A DNA stretch of 64,000 bases from an uncultured Actinomycetota bacterium. Lineage in GTDB: Bacteria; Actinomycetota; Actinomycetes; JAFAQI01; DASSKL01. Of this stretch, positions 55,301-64,000 are shown piece by piece; the stretch's first letter is position 1, and every line of letters begins with the position of its first letter. The notes under the pieces were generated by a model. It was not told the DNA's origin and did not search any database. It saw nothing but the letters and a program-made list of their open reading frames with translations. Made by a program: the position numbers and the translations under genes. Location of the stretch: assembly GCA_963728075.1 (NCBI GenBank), contig CAVSIP010000003.1, positions 617,463 through 681,462 on the forward strand, written 5' to 3'.

Positions 55301-56253
55301 TCAGTCGGACTGCCGCCGGGTCCGGACACTGCCGACGGTCATGCCGCCGATCGTCATCCCGGCGAGGGCCCAGAGCAGGTGCGGGGCGCTGGGCACGGGC
55401 ACCTCGTCGGCGGCCGGGCGCGCCTGTGCTGACGTCGCCGCGCCGCGGCCGCGGCCGCGTGCACGGGCTCGGTCTGGGCCGGGCGCTCGGACCGGGGACC
55501 CTCGGGGGCGGGTGACAGCGTCACCGCGCCGGCAGGCAGCTGCCAGTGCGCCAGCGGGTTCACGGGCGGTGCCGGCTTCGCCGGCGGGGCCGGCTTCGGT
55601 GCGGCTGCGTGCGTGGCCTCCACCGACGCGCGCTGCGGGGCGGCGGCCGGCGCGCGCGTCGCGGGCGCCGGTGCCGGTGCCGGTGCCGGTGCTGGTGGCG
55701 CGGCAGCCTGCCGAGGAGCCGGAGCAGCGGCTTGCACGCCGTAGCTGTCGACGAAGTCGAGGGTGTTGTACGCGACCGCGGTGCCGCCGACCTGGGCGAT
55801 CGTCACGCCGACGCCGACGTACCGCGCGTGCGGATCGAGGATGTTGTCCCGGTGGGACGGGGAGTTCATGTACGCGTCGAACACGGCGCGGGCGTCACCG
55901 GCCTCGGCAACGCCGACGTTCTCGGCGATCCAGCCCCACTGCGGAGAACCGTGGGAGGCGATCTGGTTGGCGAGGTCGGGGTTGTGCGCCAGCCTGCCCA
56001 TCTGCGCCAGCTGCGCCGACCAGGCCTGGGCGACCTGGCTCGTGCCGGACGTCTGGACCAGCGTCGACAGCCCGGCAGAGGAGCGCACCTGGTTCACCAG
56101 CTGCAGCAGCTGCTGCCCGTACCCCGAGGGCGACATCGCAGCATGCGCGGTAGCCGGGGCCAGTAGCCCGACAACACTGAGCAGGACCGTTGCGGCGGCG
56201 GCAGTCGCCATCCGGGCCCAGCGGCTGATCCGTTCGTCGATCGTTGCGTTCAC
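55301..56253 (-). CDS. CAP/SCP-domain protein with Pro/Ala linker and C-terminal TM anchor, interrupted by a 1-nt frameshift near 55442
   Basis: LVNQVR, AHNP, AENVG, MNSPSHRDNIL..VGVG. The anchor PHLLWALAGMTIGGMTVGSVRTRRQSD* lies in another frame. Confidence 0.8.
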
Positions 56254-56316
56254 GCTGTGTGCATCGGACGGTTTCCGCGGAGCCCTTAGCAGCGGATTGG
56301 GGCGAGGTGGCCTCGT

Positions 56317-56334
56317 GGTTAGCCCGGGCTAACC
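56317..56334. repeat. Perfect 18-bp palindrome GGTTAGCCCGGGCTAACC
   Basis: Read directly. Located 64 bp upstream of the CAP gene start. Confidence 0.7.
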
Positions 56335-56541
56335 CCGGGCAGGAGGATGACAGCGACGGTGCGTCCCGACGGTGTGCGGGTGGGAGCCGAGATGGGGGCG
56401 GCACGTGCCGCGCTGACAGGGGTTGTGACCGTCCGTTACGTGGCGTTATGGTCGTGAGCCGGTTCAACGTGAGCCCGGTCGCGCTGTTCGCGCGGCTGGA
56501 GGCCGCGGACAGCCACGACCTGGGGCACAGCAACGACCTCA

Positions 56542-56766
56542 TTGTTCGGCGGAATCGCTGCGCGCAACCGCGACGGCGCCGCCACCGTGACGCTCGAGGA
56601 ACGGATCGCTCTCGGCGACCCGGGTTGCCGCGTCGTCGTGCACCTCGGCGAACCGGTGGCCGAGCCGACGGGGCGCCCGTACCGCTACCCGAGCCCGGAC
56701 GGGGGAGGTGACGGGCCCGACCGGCGGGCGAAGGGCTTCTGCGAGGCTAGGCGGTATGGCTACTGA
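56542..56766 (+). pseudogene. C-terminal fragment of a methanogen-output-domain-1 (MetOD1)-like protein
   Basis: FGGIAARN..A.VTLEERIALGDPGCRVVVHL matches the recalled MetOD1 C-terminal pattern. The N-terminal two-thirds are absent. Confidence 0.5.
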
Positions 56767-57256
56767 AGAGTTGTTCGACGACGTCCTGCGCGCCAACGAG
56801 GACTACGCCGCCGGCTTCTCACTCGCGGGGCTGGAAGCCCGGGCCGTACGGGGCCTGGCGATCCTGACGTGCATGGACTCGCGGATCGAGCCGCTGGCGA
56901 TGCTGGGGCTCGCCGCGGGCGATGCGAAGATCCTGCGCAACGCCGGTGCGCGGGTCACCGACGACGTCCTGCGTACGTTGGTGCTCGCCTCGTACCTGCT
57001 CGACGTGGACCGCGTGATGGTGGTCGCCCATACCCGCTGCGCCATGGCGAGCGGCACGGAGGAGGAGGTCCACCGCAGGATCTACGAGGCCGGCGGCCCG
57101 GACACGCGCAGCATCTCGTTCCTCACCACCACCGAGCAGGAGACGAGCCTGCGCCACGACGTGCAGCGCATCCGGTCCTGGCCGTACCTGCACAACGTGG
57201 TGGTCGGCGGGTTCATCTACGACACCGACACCGGTCGGGTGAGCCGCGTCTGCTGA
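56756..57256 (+). CDS. Beta-class carbonic anhydrase
   Basis: CMDSR, LRNAG, HTRC zinc ligands. Confidence 0.92.
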   Translation: MATEELFDDVLRANEDYAAGFSLAGLEARAVRGLAILTCMDSRIEPLAMLGLAAGDAKILRNAGARVTDDVLRTLVLASYLLDVDRVMVVAHTRCAMASGTEEEVHRRIYEAGGPDTRSISFLTTTEQETSLRHDVQRIRSWPYLHNVVVGGFIYDTDTGRVSRVC

Positions 57257-57268
57257 CCCGCGGTCGGT

Positions 57269-58438
57269 TCAGCCGGCGGTGCTGGGCGGCCAGTGCAGCA
57301 GGGTGGCGCCGACGACGGCCGCTTCGACCGTCAGCCGGTGCTGCGGGTCGGCGGGCCGGTACCCCGTCAGCTGCTCGATCCGGCTGAGGCGGTAGGTGAC
57401 CGTCCGCACGGACACGTGCAGGCGGCGGGCCGTCTCCATCGCGTTGAGCCCGGACGAGTAGTACGCGGTCAACGTCTCCAGCCATGGCCGTGGCCCACCG
57501 CGGGCCCGCTGCAGCGGCCCCAGCACGGTGGTGATGAGGTCGGCGATCGCATCCCGGTCGCGCAGCAGCACTCGGTAGACGAGCATGTGCTCGGCCAGCG
57601 CCACCGGCTCGGGGAAGTCGAGCTCGGTGGCGGTCGCCAGCGCCAGCCGCGCCTCCTCGTAGGCCGCGGTCACTCCGGCGACGCCGGTCGTGGAGCGGCT
57701 GACGGCGGCTCGCCAGCCGGTGGCGACGCCGAGCGCACGGGCAGCGGCGCGGGCCGCAGCCGGCGCGTCGCCGCCGGGTGCGCCGGACAGGATGCAGACC
57801 AGCTCCCGGTGGCGGGTGGTGACGAGGCACGGCCCGGCCCGCCAGCTGGCGGACACCGCCCGCTCCGCGGCATGCGTCGATGCACTGTGCTCCTCCAGAG
57901 GGAGCGGGGTGCGGACGACCGCCACGACGAAGGTGGCCGTCGGGCTCAGCCCGGACCGCTCGGACCGCTCGGCCAGCCGCCCGACCTCTCCTCGTCCGCC
58001 CAGCAGGTCGTCGATGAACTCTCGTCGCTGCGCCTCGTCGTGGCGGATGCTGCGCCGGCGCGCTGCGGCGAAGCCGGCGGCGACCCCCGCCAGGGCGTCG
58101 TCGGTCGCGCGCAGCACGCTCTCGCCGACGTTGACGCGCTGCTGGACGGTCGCGGCCTGCCGGACCCCGGGTAGCTGCGCCCAGAGCAGCCGGGCGGCGC
58201 TGAGGTGCGCGTCCACCAGCTGGGCCAGCGTGAGGTCGGTCGCGGCCGCTTCTTCCCCTGCGTCGCGGCACGCGTCGAGCTCTGCACGGTTGGGTCGGCG
58301 GCCGGTGGTGCTCGCCGCGACGAGCACCGCGAGGAAGCCGTCCAGCAGTGCGGCGGAGGTTCCGGGCACTTCGGCGGCGGCGGCTCGCGCGATCCCGCTC
58401 AGGTCCGGCGTCGCCGATGCCGTGCTGCCGGTGGGCAA
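57269..58438 (-). CDS. PucR/CdaR-family regulator
   Basis: RREFIDDLL, AYEEA, LETL.AYY.SGLN...TARRLHVSVRTVTYRL. TTG start after GAGGAG. Confidence 0.88.
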   Translation of the reverse strand: MPTGSTASATPDLSGIARAAAAEVPGTSAALLDGFLAVLVAASTTGRRPNRAELDACRDAGEEAAATDLTLAQLVDAHLSAARLLWAQLPGVRQAATVQQRVNVGESVLRATDDALAGVAAGFAAARRRSIRHDEAQRREFIDDLLGGRGEVGRLAERSERSGLSPTATFVVAVVRTPLPLEEHSASTHAAERAVSASWRAGPCLVTTRHRELVCILSGAPGGDAPAAARAAARALGVATGWRAAVSRSTTGVAGVTAAYEEARLALATATELDFPEPVALAEHMLVYRVLLRDRDAIADLITTVLGPLQRARGGPRPWLETLTAYYSSGLNAMETARRLHVSVRTVTYRLSRIEQLTGYRPADPQHRLTVEAAVVGATLLHWPPSTAG

Positions 58439-58500
58439 GGTCTTCTCCTCTCGCACCCGTTCCTGGATCAACGCGCCGGCCCGCGGCCCGGTTCCTGCGG

Positions 58501-59793
58501 TCACGCCAGCAGGAAGTACCGGACGTACACGTAGGCGGCGCTCAGGGCGATCGTGGCCAGTGCCGTCACCGAGCCGTAGCGGACGAACTGCAGGAACCGG
58601 ATGGGCTCCCCGTAACGCGCCGCGAGCCCGATGATCACGAGGTTCGCACTGGCGCCGATCGGGGTGGCGTTGCCGCCCAGGTCCGCGCCCAGTGCGAGCG
58701 ACCACCACAGCACCGTCGGGTCCGTCCCGGCCGGCACACCGGCCGCCAGGTGGTCCACGATCGGCGCCATGGTCGCGACGTACGGGATGTTGTCGACGGC
58801 GGCCGAGAAGACCGCCGACGAGACGAGCAGGACCATGCTGCCGGTCAGCACCTGGCCGGCCAGCGCGTCCGCGGCGACCTCTCCCAGGCGCTCGATGACA
58901 CCGCTCTTCACCAGCGCGCCGACCATGACGAACAGCCCGGCGAAGAACGCGAGCGTCCCCCACTCGACTCCCTGCATGACCTGCGGCACGTTGGTGCGCG
59001 CGATGAGCAGGAGGATGCCGGCACCGATGAGGGCGATCGTGGCCGGCTCGTACCCCACCACTCCGTGCAGGGCGAACAGCACCGTCACGGCTGCCAGCAC
59101 GGTGAGCGACTGCCACATCAGCGTGCGGTCGCGCAGCAGCGTGTGCTCGTCCATCGCCATCACCGCAGCCGCGCGCTCCGGGTCGTACCGGAACGACCGC
59201 CGGAACATCACCCGGGCGAGCAGGACGAACACGGCGAGGAGCAGCACCACCAGGGGGGCGAGGTTGACCAGGAAGTCCAGGTAGCCCAAGCCGGCTGCGC
59301 TGCCGATGATGATGTTCGGGGGGTCGCCGATGAGCGTTGCGGCCCCCCCGATGTTCGAGGCCATCGCCTCCGCCAGCAGGTACGGGGCGGCGGGGACGCC
59401 GAGCCGGCCGGCGAGGCTGATCGTCATGGGCGCGACGAGCAGCACCGTGGTCACGTTGTCGAGCAGAGCCGAGGCGGCTGCGGTGAGCAGGACGAGCGTG
59501 ACCAGCAGCCGGAACGGCCGTCCCTGTGCCCGCTTGGCCGCCCGGACGGCCAGCACGTCGAACATCCCGGTCTCCCGGATGACCTCGACGATGACCATCA
59601 TCCCGAGCAGCAGGAAGATGACGTTCCAGTCGATGCCGTACGCGTCGGAGTGGAACGCGTCGTCGGCGGACACCACGCCGAGCGCCAGCATGAGACCGGC
59701 GCCGGCGAGGGCGACGGTGACCCGGTTGATCCGCTCGCTGGCGATGGCCGCGTACGCGCCGACGAACACCACGGTCGCGATCACGGCGCTCAT
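58501..59793 (-). CDS. ArsB/NhaD (SLC13/P-protein-like) ion transporter
   Basis: SALLDNVTTVLL, SNIGGAATLIGDPPNIII, SAAVDNIP, GADLGGNATPIGASAN. Confidence 0.9.
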   Translation of the reverse strand: MSAVIATVVFVGAYAAIASERINRVTVALAGAGLMLALGVVSADDAFHSDAYGIDWNVIFLLLGMMVIVEVIRETGMFDVLAVRAAKRAQGRPFRLLVTLVLLTAAASALLDNVTTVLLVAPMTISLAGRLGVPAAPYLLAEAMASNIGGAATLIGDPPNIIIGSAAGLGYLDFLVNLAPLVVLLLAVFVLLARVMFRRSFRYDPERAAAVMAMDEHTLLRDRTLMWQSLTVLAAVTVLFALHGVVGYEPATIALIGAGILLLIARTNVPQVMQGVEWGTLAFFAGLFVMVGALVKSGVIERLGEVAADALAGQVLTGSMVLLVSSAVFSAAVDNIPYVATMAPIVDHLAAGVPAGTDPTVLWWSLALGADLGGNATPIGASANLVIIGLAARYGEPIRFLQFVRYGSVTALATIALSAAYVYVRYFLLA

Positions 59794-59864
59794 GCGGCCG
59801 ACGCTGCCCTACCGTGACCGGCCTCCGCAGCGGGCCGGCTCGGCCATCTCCGCCCGCGGCTGGC

Positions 59865-59921
59865 TGCCGGAACCCGGCAACGTGCGACGGCCAGGGGCGG
59901 CCCGGTTCCGGGACCCGGCAA
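59865..59921. promoter_or_regulatory. Two copies of T(G/T)CCGG-N3-CCGGCAA upstream of the transporter-pucR operon
   Basis: TGCCGGAACCCGGCAA (59865-59880) and TTCCGGGACCCGGCAA (59906-59921), 41 bp apart. Confidence 0.5.
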
Positions 59922-60010
59922 CCAGCCGGCGACACACCTTGCCGTGACGGCACCTGGCGCGCCACGCCGGTGCACCGGCACCGTGCCGGGGAGAGAGACC
60001 GGGAGGACGC

Positions 60011-60340
60011 GTGCAGCTCGAACTGGTCGACGTGGGGCCGGATCACATGGTGGCTCTGGTGTCCGGTGTCCGCCGCGGTGAGGTCGCCGGGGCGTCCTGT
60101 GCCGTCGCCGAGGCGCTCGCCCACGCGGGGGTGCGGGCGTCGTCGCCGGGCTGCGAGGCGACCACCGTCGCGCTCGCGCTGCTGTCGGACCGCTGTCGCG
60201 CCGCGCCGGCCCGCGCGGTGGCCCGTGCGCGGATGCTGCACGAGCGGCATGCGGTCTACGACGTGGTCGTCCTGGACGCGCACGAGCAGGTCGTCGCCGA
60301 CGTGCGCGTCGACGTCGAGATCGGCGTCAGCGGTCGGTGA
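60011..60340 (+). CDS. Possible degenerate hot-dog-fold (PaaI-like) protein
   Basis: RBS GGGAGG, alternating beta-strand C-terminus (YDVVVLD...VADVRV). No clear HGG motif. Confidence 0.35.
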   Translation: MQLELVDVGPDHMVALVSGVRRGEVAGASCAVAEALAHAGVRASSPGCEATTVALALLSDRCRAAPARAVARARMLHERHAVYDVVVLDAHEQVVADVRVDVEIGVSGR

Positions 60341-61523
60341 AGACCATGATCGTGCCGGTGTAGCACGCGACCCACACCTCGCCGGTGAGCGCGTCCTGCG
60401 TGATCCCGATCGGCCACTTCTTGGTGGGCAGCGTCTGCAGCACCGCCAGGTCCGAGGTGCGCACCTTGGAGACGGTGTTCGAGAAGTAGTTCACGACGTA
60501 CAGGGAACGGCCGTCGGCGGCGAGCACCATGCTCCGCGGGGCCTTGCCGGTACGCACCCTGGTGACGACCTTGGCGCTCGCCACGTCGACCTTCACGACC
60601 TGCCCGGCGCCGTTGAGGGTCGCGTAGAGCGTGCGCCCGTCCGGGCTGAGCGCCAGGTGCCGCGGGGAGTTGCCGACGGTGATCCGGCCGGTGACCGTCC
60701 TGCTGCGCAGGTCGAGAACCGCCAGCTGCCAGCTGCCCATGACCGCGACGTACGCGGTGTGCGAGGACGGGGCGATCACGATGCCCCGCGGGTACGCGCC
60801 CACGGGGACGCGAGCGAGCTCGCGCAGGGTCGTCGTGTCGATGACGCTGACGTCGTACGAGCACCAGTTGCTGACGAGCAGCAGGTGGTCGTCCGGTGAC
60901 ACCGCCAGGTACTTCGGCACGGACCCGACCGGGATGACCGCGTCGACGGCGAGGGTCGAGGTGTCGATGCGGTAGACGAAGCTGTCGTCGTAGTGGTTCG
61001 ACGGCTTGCACACGTCGTGGCCCTCACGGGTGTAGCCGGGGCCGTACATCGAGTAGTTCGACACGTACGCGTACCTGCCGTCCGGTGAGAACGCGGCCTC
61101 GACGGGCGCCCCTCTCACCGTGCCGGTGCCGACGCCGAACCTCGCCAGGTCCACCCTGTCCGGGATCGTGCGCACCAGGCGGTGCCGGCGGTCGTACACC
61201 GTCACCGTGTGCCGGTACATCATGTTCTGGGCGAAGAACAGCCCGGTGCCGCTGGCGACCACGGACTTCGGCGAGATCGCACCGGTGATGGACGTCGACA
61301 GCCGCAGGGTGCGCCGGTCGCTGGGTCCGTAGCGGTCTGCCGCGGTCGCCGCCCGAGGTGCCGGCGCGCCCGACGGCGGCTGCACCGGCGACGGGGACGC
61401 GCTGGTGGCACGCGGTGGCGGTGTCCCCGCGCTCGCCGACGGTGAGGTCACCGACGTGCAGCCCGCGGTGGCGAGCAGGGTGATGGCGGCAGCCGCGCCG
61501 GACAGGCGCACGAACAAGCGCAT
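60327..61523 (-). CDS. YVTN/YncE beta-propeller lipoprotein
   Basis: Lipobox-like TAGC, repeated VGxxPxxxAxSPD..YVxN..S..VS blades. Confidence 0.88.
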   Translation of the reverse strand: MRLFVRLSGAAAAITLLATAGCTSVTSPSASAGTPPPRATSASPSPVQPPSGAPAPRAATAADRYGPSDRRTLRLSTSITGAISPKSVVASGTGLFFAQNMMYRHTVTVYDRRHRLVRTIPDRVDLARFGVGTGTVRGAPVEAAFSPDGRYAYVSNYSMYGPGYTREGHDVCKPSNHYDDSFVYRIDTSTLAVDAVIPVGSVPKYLAVSPDDHLLLVSNWCSYDVSVIDTTTLRELARVPVGAYPRGIVIAPSSHTAYVAVMGSWQLAVLDLRSRTVTGRITVGNSPRHLALSPDGRTLYATLNGAGQVVKVDVASAKVVTRVRTGKAPRSMVLAADGRSLYVVNYFSNTVSKVRTSDLAVLQTLPTKKWPIGITQDALTGEVWVACYTGTIMVFTDR

Positions 61524-61589
61524 GCGGAGCCTCGGGAGAGCGGCGGAGCGGTCCCCTGACACTAGCAACGGTCCGGTCGCCCGGCAGGC

Positions 61590-62789
61590 ATGATCGGTGC
61601 TGTGACGACCGAGGATGGGACCGGGCCGCTCGCGGGGGTCCGCGTGCTGGACCTCAGCTCCGTGGTGATGGGTCCGCTGGCCACGCAGATCCTCGGCGAC
61701 CTCGGTGCCGACGTGGTGACGATCGAGAGCGCCGTGGGCGAGACGAACCGCGCGATGGGTCCGGGGCCGCACCCGCTGCTGTCGGGAGTCTCGCTCAACC
61801 TGCTGCGCAACAAGCGCAACCTGGCCGTCGACCTCAAGCACCCCGCCGGCCACGACGTGCTCATGCGCCTCGCCGCGACCTGCGACGTGTTCGTGACCAA
61901 CCTGCGGCCCCAGCCGCTGCGCCGGCTCGGTGCCACGTACGACGACATCCGCGGCGTACGCCCGGACGTCGTCTACTGCCAGGCGCAGGGGTTTCCCTCG
62001 GACAGCGAGCGCGCGGACGAGCCGGCGTACGACGACGTCATCCAGGCGGCGAGCGGGGTCGCGGACGCAGTGGCGCGGGTGACCGGGGCACCGGGCCTGG
62101 TGCCCACGATCTTCGCCGACAAGGTGTCCGCGCTGACGATCGCGTACGCAGTCCTCGCAGCGCTGTTCGACCGGGAGCGCACCGGCCAGGGCCAGCACAT
62201 CGAGGTGCCCATGCACGACGTGGCCACCGCCTTCATGCTCGTCGAGCACGGGGCGGCGGCGATCCCACGCCCGGCGCTCGGCCCGGCCGGCTACCAGCGC
62301 ATCCTCACGCCGGAGCGCCGTCCGCGCCGCACGGCCGACGGGTGGATCCACGTGCTGCCGTACTCGCGCGAGCAGTTCGAGGCGCTCTTCGCCGCCGGGG
62401 GCAGGCACGACCTCGTCGGCGACCCCCGGTACGCGACCGGACGCGCGCGGATCGCGAACGCGGACTTCCTCTACGCCCAGGTCGGCGAGATCCTCGCGGA
62501 ACGGACGACCGCCGCCTGGCTGCGGTTCTGCCGGGACAACCACATCCCGGCCACGGAGGTCGCCAGCCTCTCCGACCTCGTCGAGCGGCTCCCGGAGGAC
62601 GACCACCCCGTCGCCGGGCGCTACAAGGTCATCCCGCCGCCGGTGCGGATGTCACGCACGCCTGCGTCGGTCCGACGGCCGGCGCCGCTGCCGGGACAGC
62701 ACAACGACGAGGTGCTCGCCGACCTCGGCTACAGCCCCGACGCGGTCGCCGACCTGCGTGCTCGTGGAGTCCTGCGTGACCCGCCCTGA
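61590..62789 (+). CDS. CaiB/BaiF family III CoA-transferase
   Basis: PLAGVRVLDLSSVVMGP, LGDLGADV, RNKR, AYDDVIQA, GQHNDEVL. Confidence 0.92.
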   Translation: MIGAVTTEDGTGPLAGVRVLDLSSVVMGPLATQILGDLGADVVTIESAVGETNRAMGPGPHPLLSGVSLNLLRNKRNLAVDLKHPAGHDVLMRLAATCDVFVTNLRPQPLRRLGATYDDIRGVRPDVVYCQAQGFPSDSERADEPAYDDVIQAASGVADAVARVTGAPGLVPTIFADKVSALTIAYAVLAALFDRERTGQGQHIEVPMHDVATAFMLVEHGAAAIPRPALGPAGYQRILTPERRPRRTADGWIHVLPYSREQFEALFAAGGRHDLVGDPRYATGRARIANADFLYAQVGEILAERTTAAWLRFCRDNHIPATEVASLSDLVERLPEDDHPVAGRYKVIPPPVRMSRTPASVRRPAPLPGQHNDEVLADLGYSPDAVADLRARGVLRDPP

Positions 62790-63618
62790 GGTCGAGGTCC
62801 TCGGCGCCGAGCCCCGGCCACCGCTGCCCCGATGGGTCCGGCTGCTGGCGTGGGCCGTCGCCGCGGGAGCCGTCGTAGCCGTGGTCGCGAACACCGTCTG
62901 GCGGGCGGCTCCGACGGCGGCGCTGCGCGTGGAGTCCGTACACGCCGTGCCGGGCGCGGACGAGGTGCGCCTGCAGCTGCAGGTGCACAACGCGGGGGCC
63001 CAGCCGGTCCCGCTGACGTCGGTCGCGCTGTCGGCGACCGGGCTGTCGGCGCACCGCGCCGCCGACGGCGCGCGGGCGATCGCTGCAGGGGGGACGGCGA
63101 CCGTGGTGCTCTCTGCCGAGGTCGCCTGCCCGGCCGCCGCCCAGGCGGGTGACGCCGTGCTCACGGTCGCCGGGACAGGCGTGCAGCTCGCGCGCGTCCC
63201 GGCCTGGCAGCGGGAGCTCCGGCGGATCTGCACCGACGGCCCGCCCCCGAGCGTGGCGCTGGCCACGGGTGGTGGGGCACCGTCCGGGGTCGGGGACGCG
63301 GTGCTGCAGCCCGTGCGGCTGCGCAACGGGGCGGACCGGCCGGTCGAGCTGCGCGAGGTCTGGTCGTCCACGCCCGGCGTGGCCGCGCTCGTCGCGCCGT
63401 GGCCGCCGGTTGCCGTCGCCCCGGGCGTGACCCGGACCCTGCACGTCTACTGGTCGATCAGCGACTGCGCCCAGGCCCGCCTCGGGGACCAGCCCGTGCT
63501 GCGTGCCCGCGTCGCCTTCACGGGCGCGGCACCGTACCGCGTGGTCGCGCTGGCCGAGGCCGCGCTGCGCGCGCCGCTGGCCGCGCTCGTCAGGGCTCAG
63601 TGCCCGGGCGTCTCCTGA
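62776..63618 (+). CDS. Membrane-anchored hypothetical protein with two Ig-like beta segments
   Basis: One TM helix, repeated L.V/LxN.G..PV.L..V pattern. Confidence 0.55.
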   Translation: MTRPEVEVLGAEPRPPLPRWVRLLAWAVAAGAVVAVVANTVWRAAPTAALRVESVHAVPGADEVRLQLQVHNAGAQPVPLTSVALSATGLSAHRAADGARAIAAGGTATVVLSAEVACPAAAQAGDAVLTVAGTGVQLARVPAWQRELRRICTDGPPPSVALATGGGAPSGVGDAVLQPVRLRNGADRPVELREVWSSTPGVAALVAPWPPVAVAPGVTRTLHVYWSISDCAQARLGDQPVLRARVAFTGAAPYRVVALAEAALRAPLAALVRAQCPGVS

Positions 63619-64000
63619 GCCGAGGCGCCCGTGACCACGTCGCTGATGGCGTGGGCGAGGACCTGCGCGCCCTGCCGGCTCGGGTGGATGTCACAGCCCC
63701 CGCCGGCCGTGCGTGCCAGGAGCCCGGCCGCGCACGCGTCACCGCCGGCGGCCTGCGCGGCCCGCTGGAAGGCGCTGTACCCGTCCGCCACGTCGGCGCC
63801 GACCGTGGCGGCGGCCTTCGTCAGGGTGCCGTTGAGCATGGACATGCCGGCCGCCACCGCCCCGTTGCCGGGCTGCGGGTCGTAGTAGGTGAGCACGACG
63901 ATGCGCCCGGGGTAGACGTCGCGGATGCGGCGAAGGGCGGTGTCCAGGTTGGCGCTCAGCCGGCCCAGCGCCGTGGTGAGCTCACCGGGGCCGAGGCAGT
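63597..64000 (-). CDS. SGNH/GDSL hydrolase, 3' part
   Basis: The frame stays open to the window edge: NLDTALRRIR..YPGRIVLTYYDP...DIHPSRQG (DxH block V). Confidence 0.75.
   Translation of the reverse strand, partial: CLGPGELTTALGRLSANLDTALRRIRDVYPGRIVVLTYYDPQPGNGAVAAGMSMLNGTLTKAAATVGADVADGYSAFQRAAQAAGGDACAAGLLARTAGGGCDIHPSRQGAQVLAHAISDVVTGASAQETPGH

Noticed and set aside
55666-55697. (GCCGGT)n tandem repeat as CRISPR or VNTR
   Set aside because: Encodes the Pro-Ala linker of the CAP protein. There are no spacers and no cas genes.
56254-56460. c-di-AMP (ydaO) riboswitch or IdeR/DtxR box upstream of the CAP gene
   Set aside because: ydaO core segments were not found. The palindrome lacks the TTAGG..CCTAA flanks and spacing of IdeR boxes.
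59794-59870. Fluoride riboswitch upstream of the ArsB/NhaD transporter (GGAGATGG on minus strand)
   Set aside because: The pseudoknot partner and the GCTGATG..CT 3' element are missing.

Overview
High-GC actinobacterial DNA (inferred from codon style, leaderless TANNNT promoters and gene families). No rRNA, intact tRNA, CRISPR array, integrase or transposase was found. (1) 1-18.7 kb: a lipid/terpenoid-type catabolic cluster with a TetR fragment, crotonase, amidohydrolase, two paralogous P450s, a PPOX-type flavin/F420 protein, DUF445, acyl-CoA synthetase, a tandem FadR fusion, an anchored secreted protein, a HAAT-type binding protein, a single-chain TMD-TMD-NBD-NBD ABC transporter and an acyl-CoA dehydrogenase. 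Four promoters share a 20-bp palindrome (consensus AACTGGAC-N4-GTCCAGTT) lying on their -35/spacer. (2) 18.7-20.2 kb: a junction with two decayed toxin-antitoxin loci and a degenerate tmRNA/tRNA-like 3' fragment. (3) 20.3-24.4 kb: an AAA-LuxR-wHTH-BTAD regulator followed by a promoter with SARP-type geometry driving a leaderless 60-aa protein. (4) 24.5-41 kb: secreted enzymes (dirigent/AOC-like protein with a two-component system, two phosphoesterases with PHO-box-like repeats, S8/FG-GAP protease, ceramidase-like protein), plus DMT, PAS-EAL and XRE genes. (5) 41-64 kb: core-like genes including an ACAD pair, a xylose-type ABC transporter, USP, ppsA, TetR/SRPBCC, PAS-HK/RR, PhyH, hemerythrin-like protein, a frameshifted CAP protein, carbonic anhydrase, PucR, ArsB/NhaD, YVTN, CoA-transferase and SGNH. 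Start codons were adjusted from the ORF track by eye using RBS, promoter position and family knowledge. No database searches were run.
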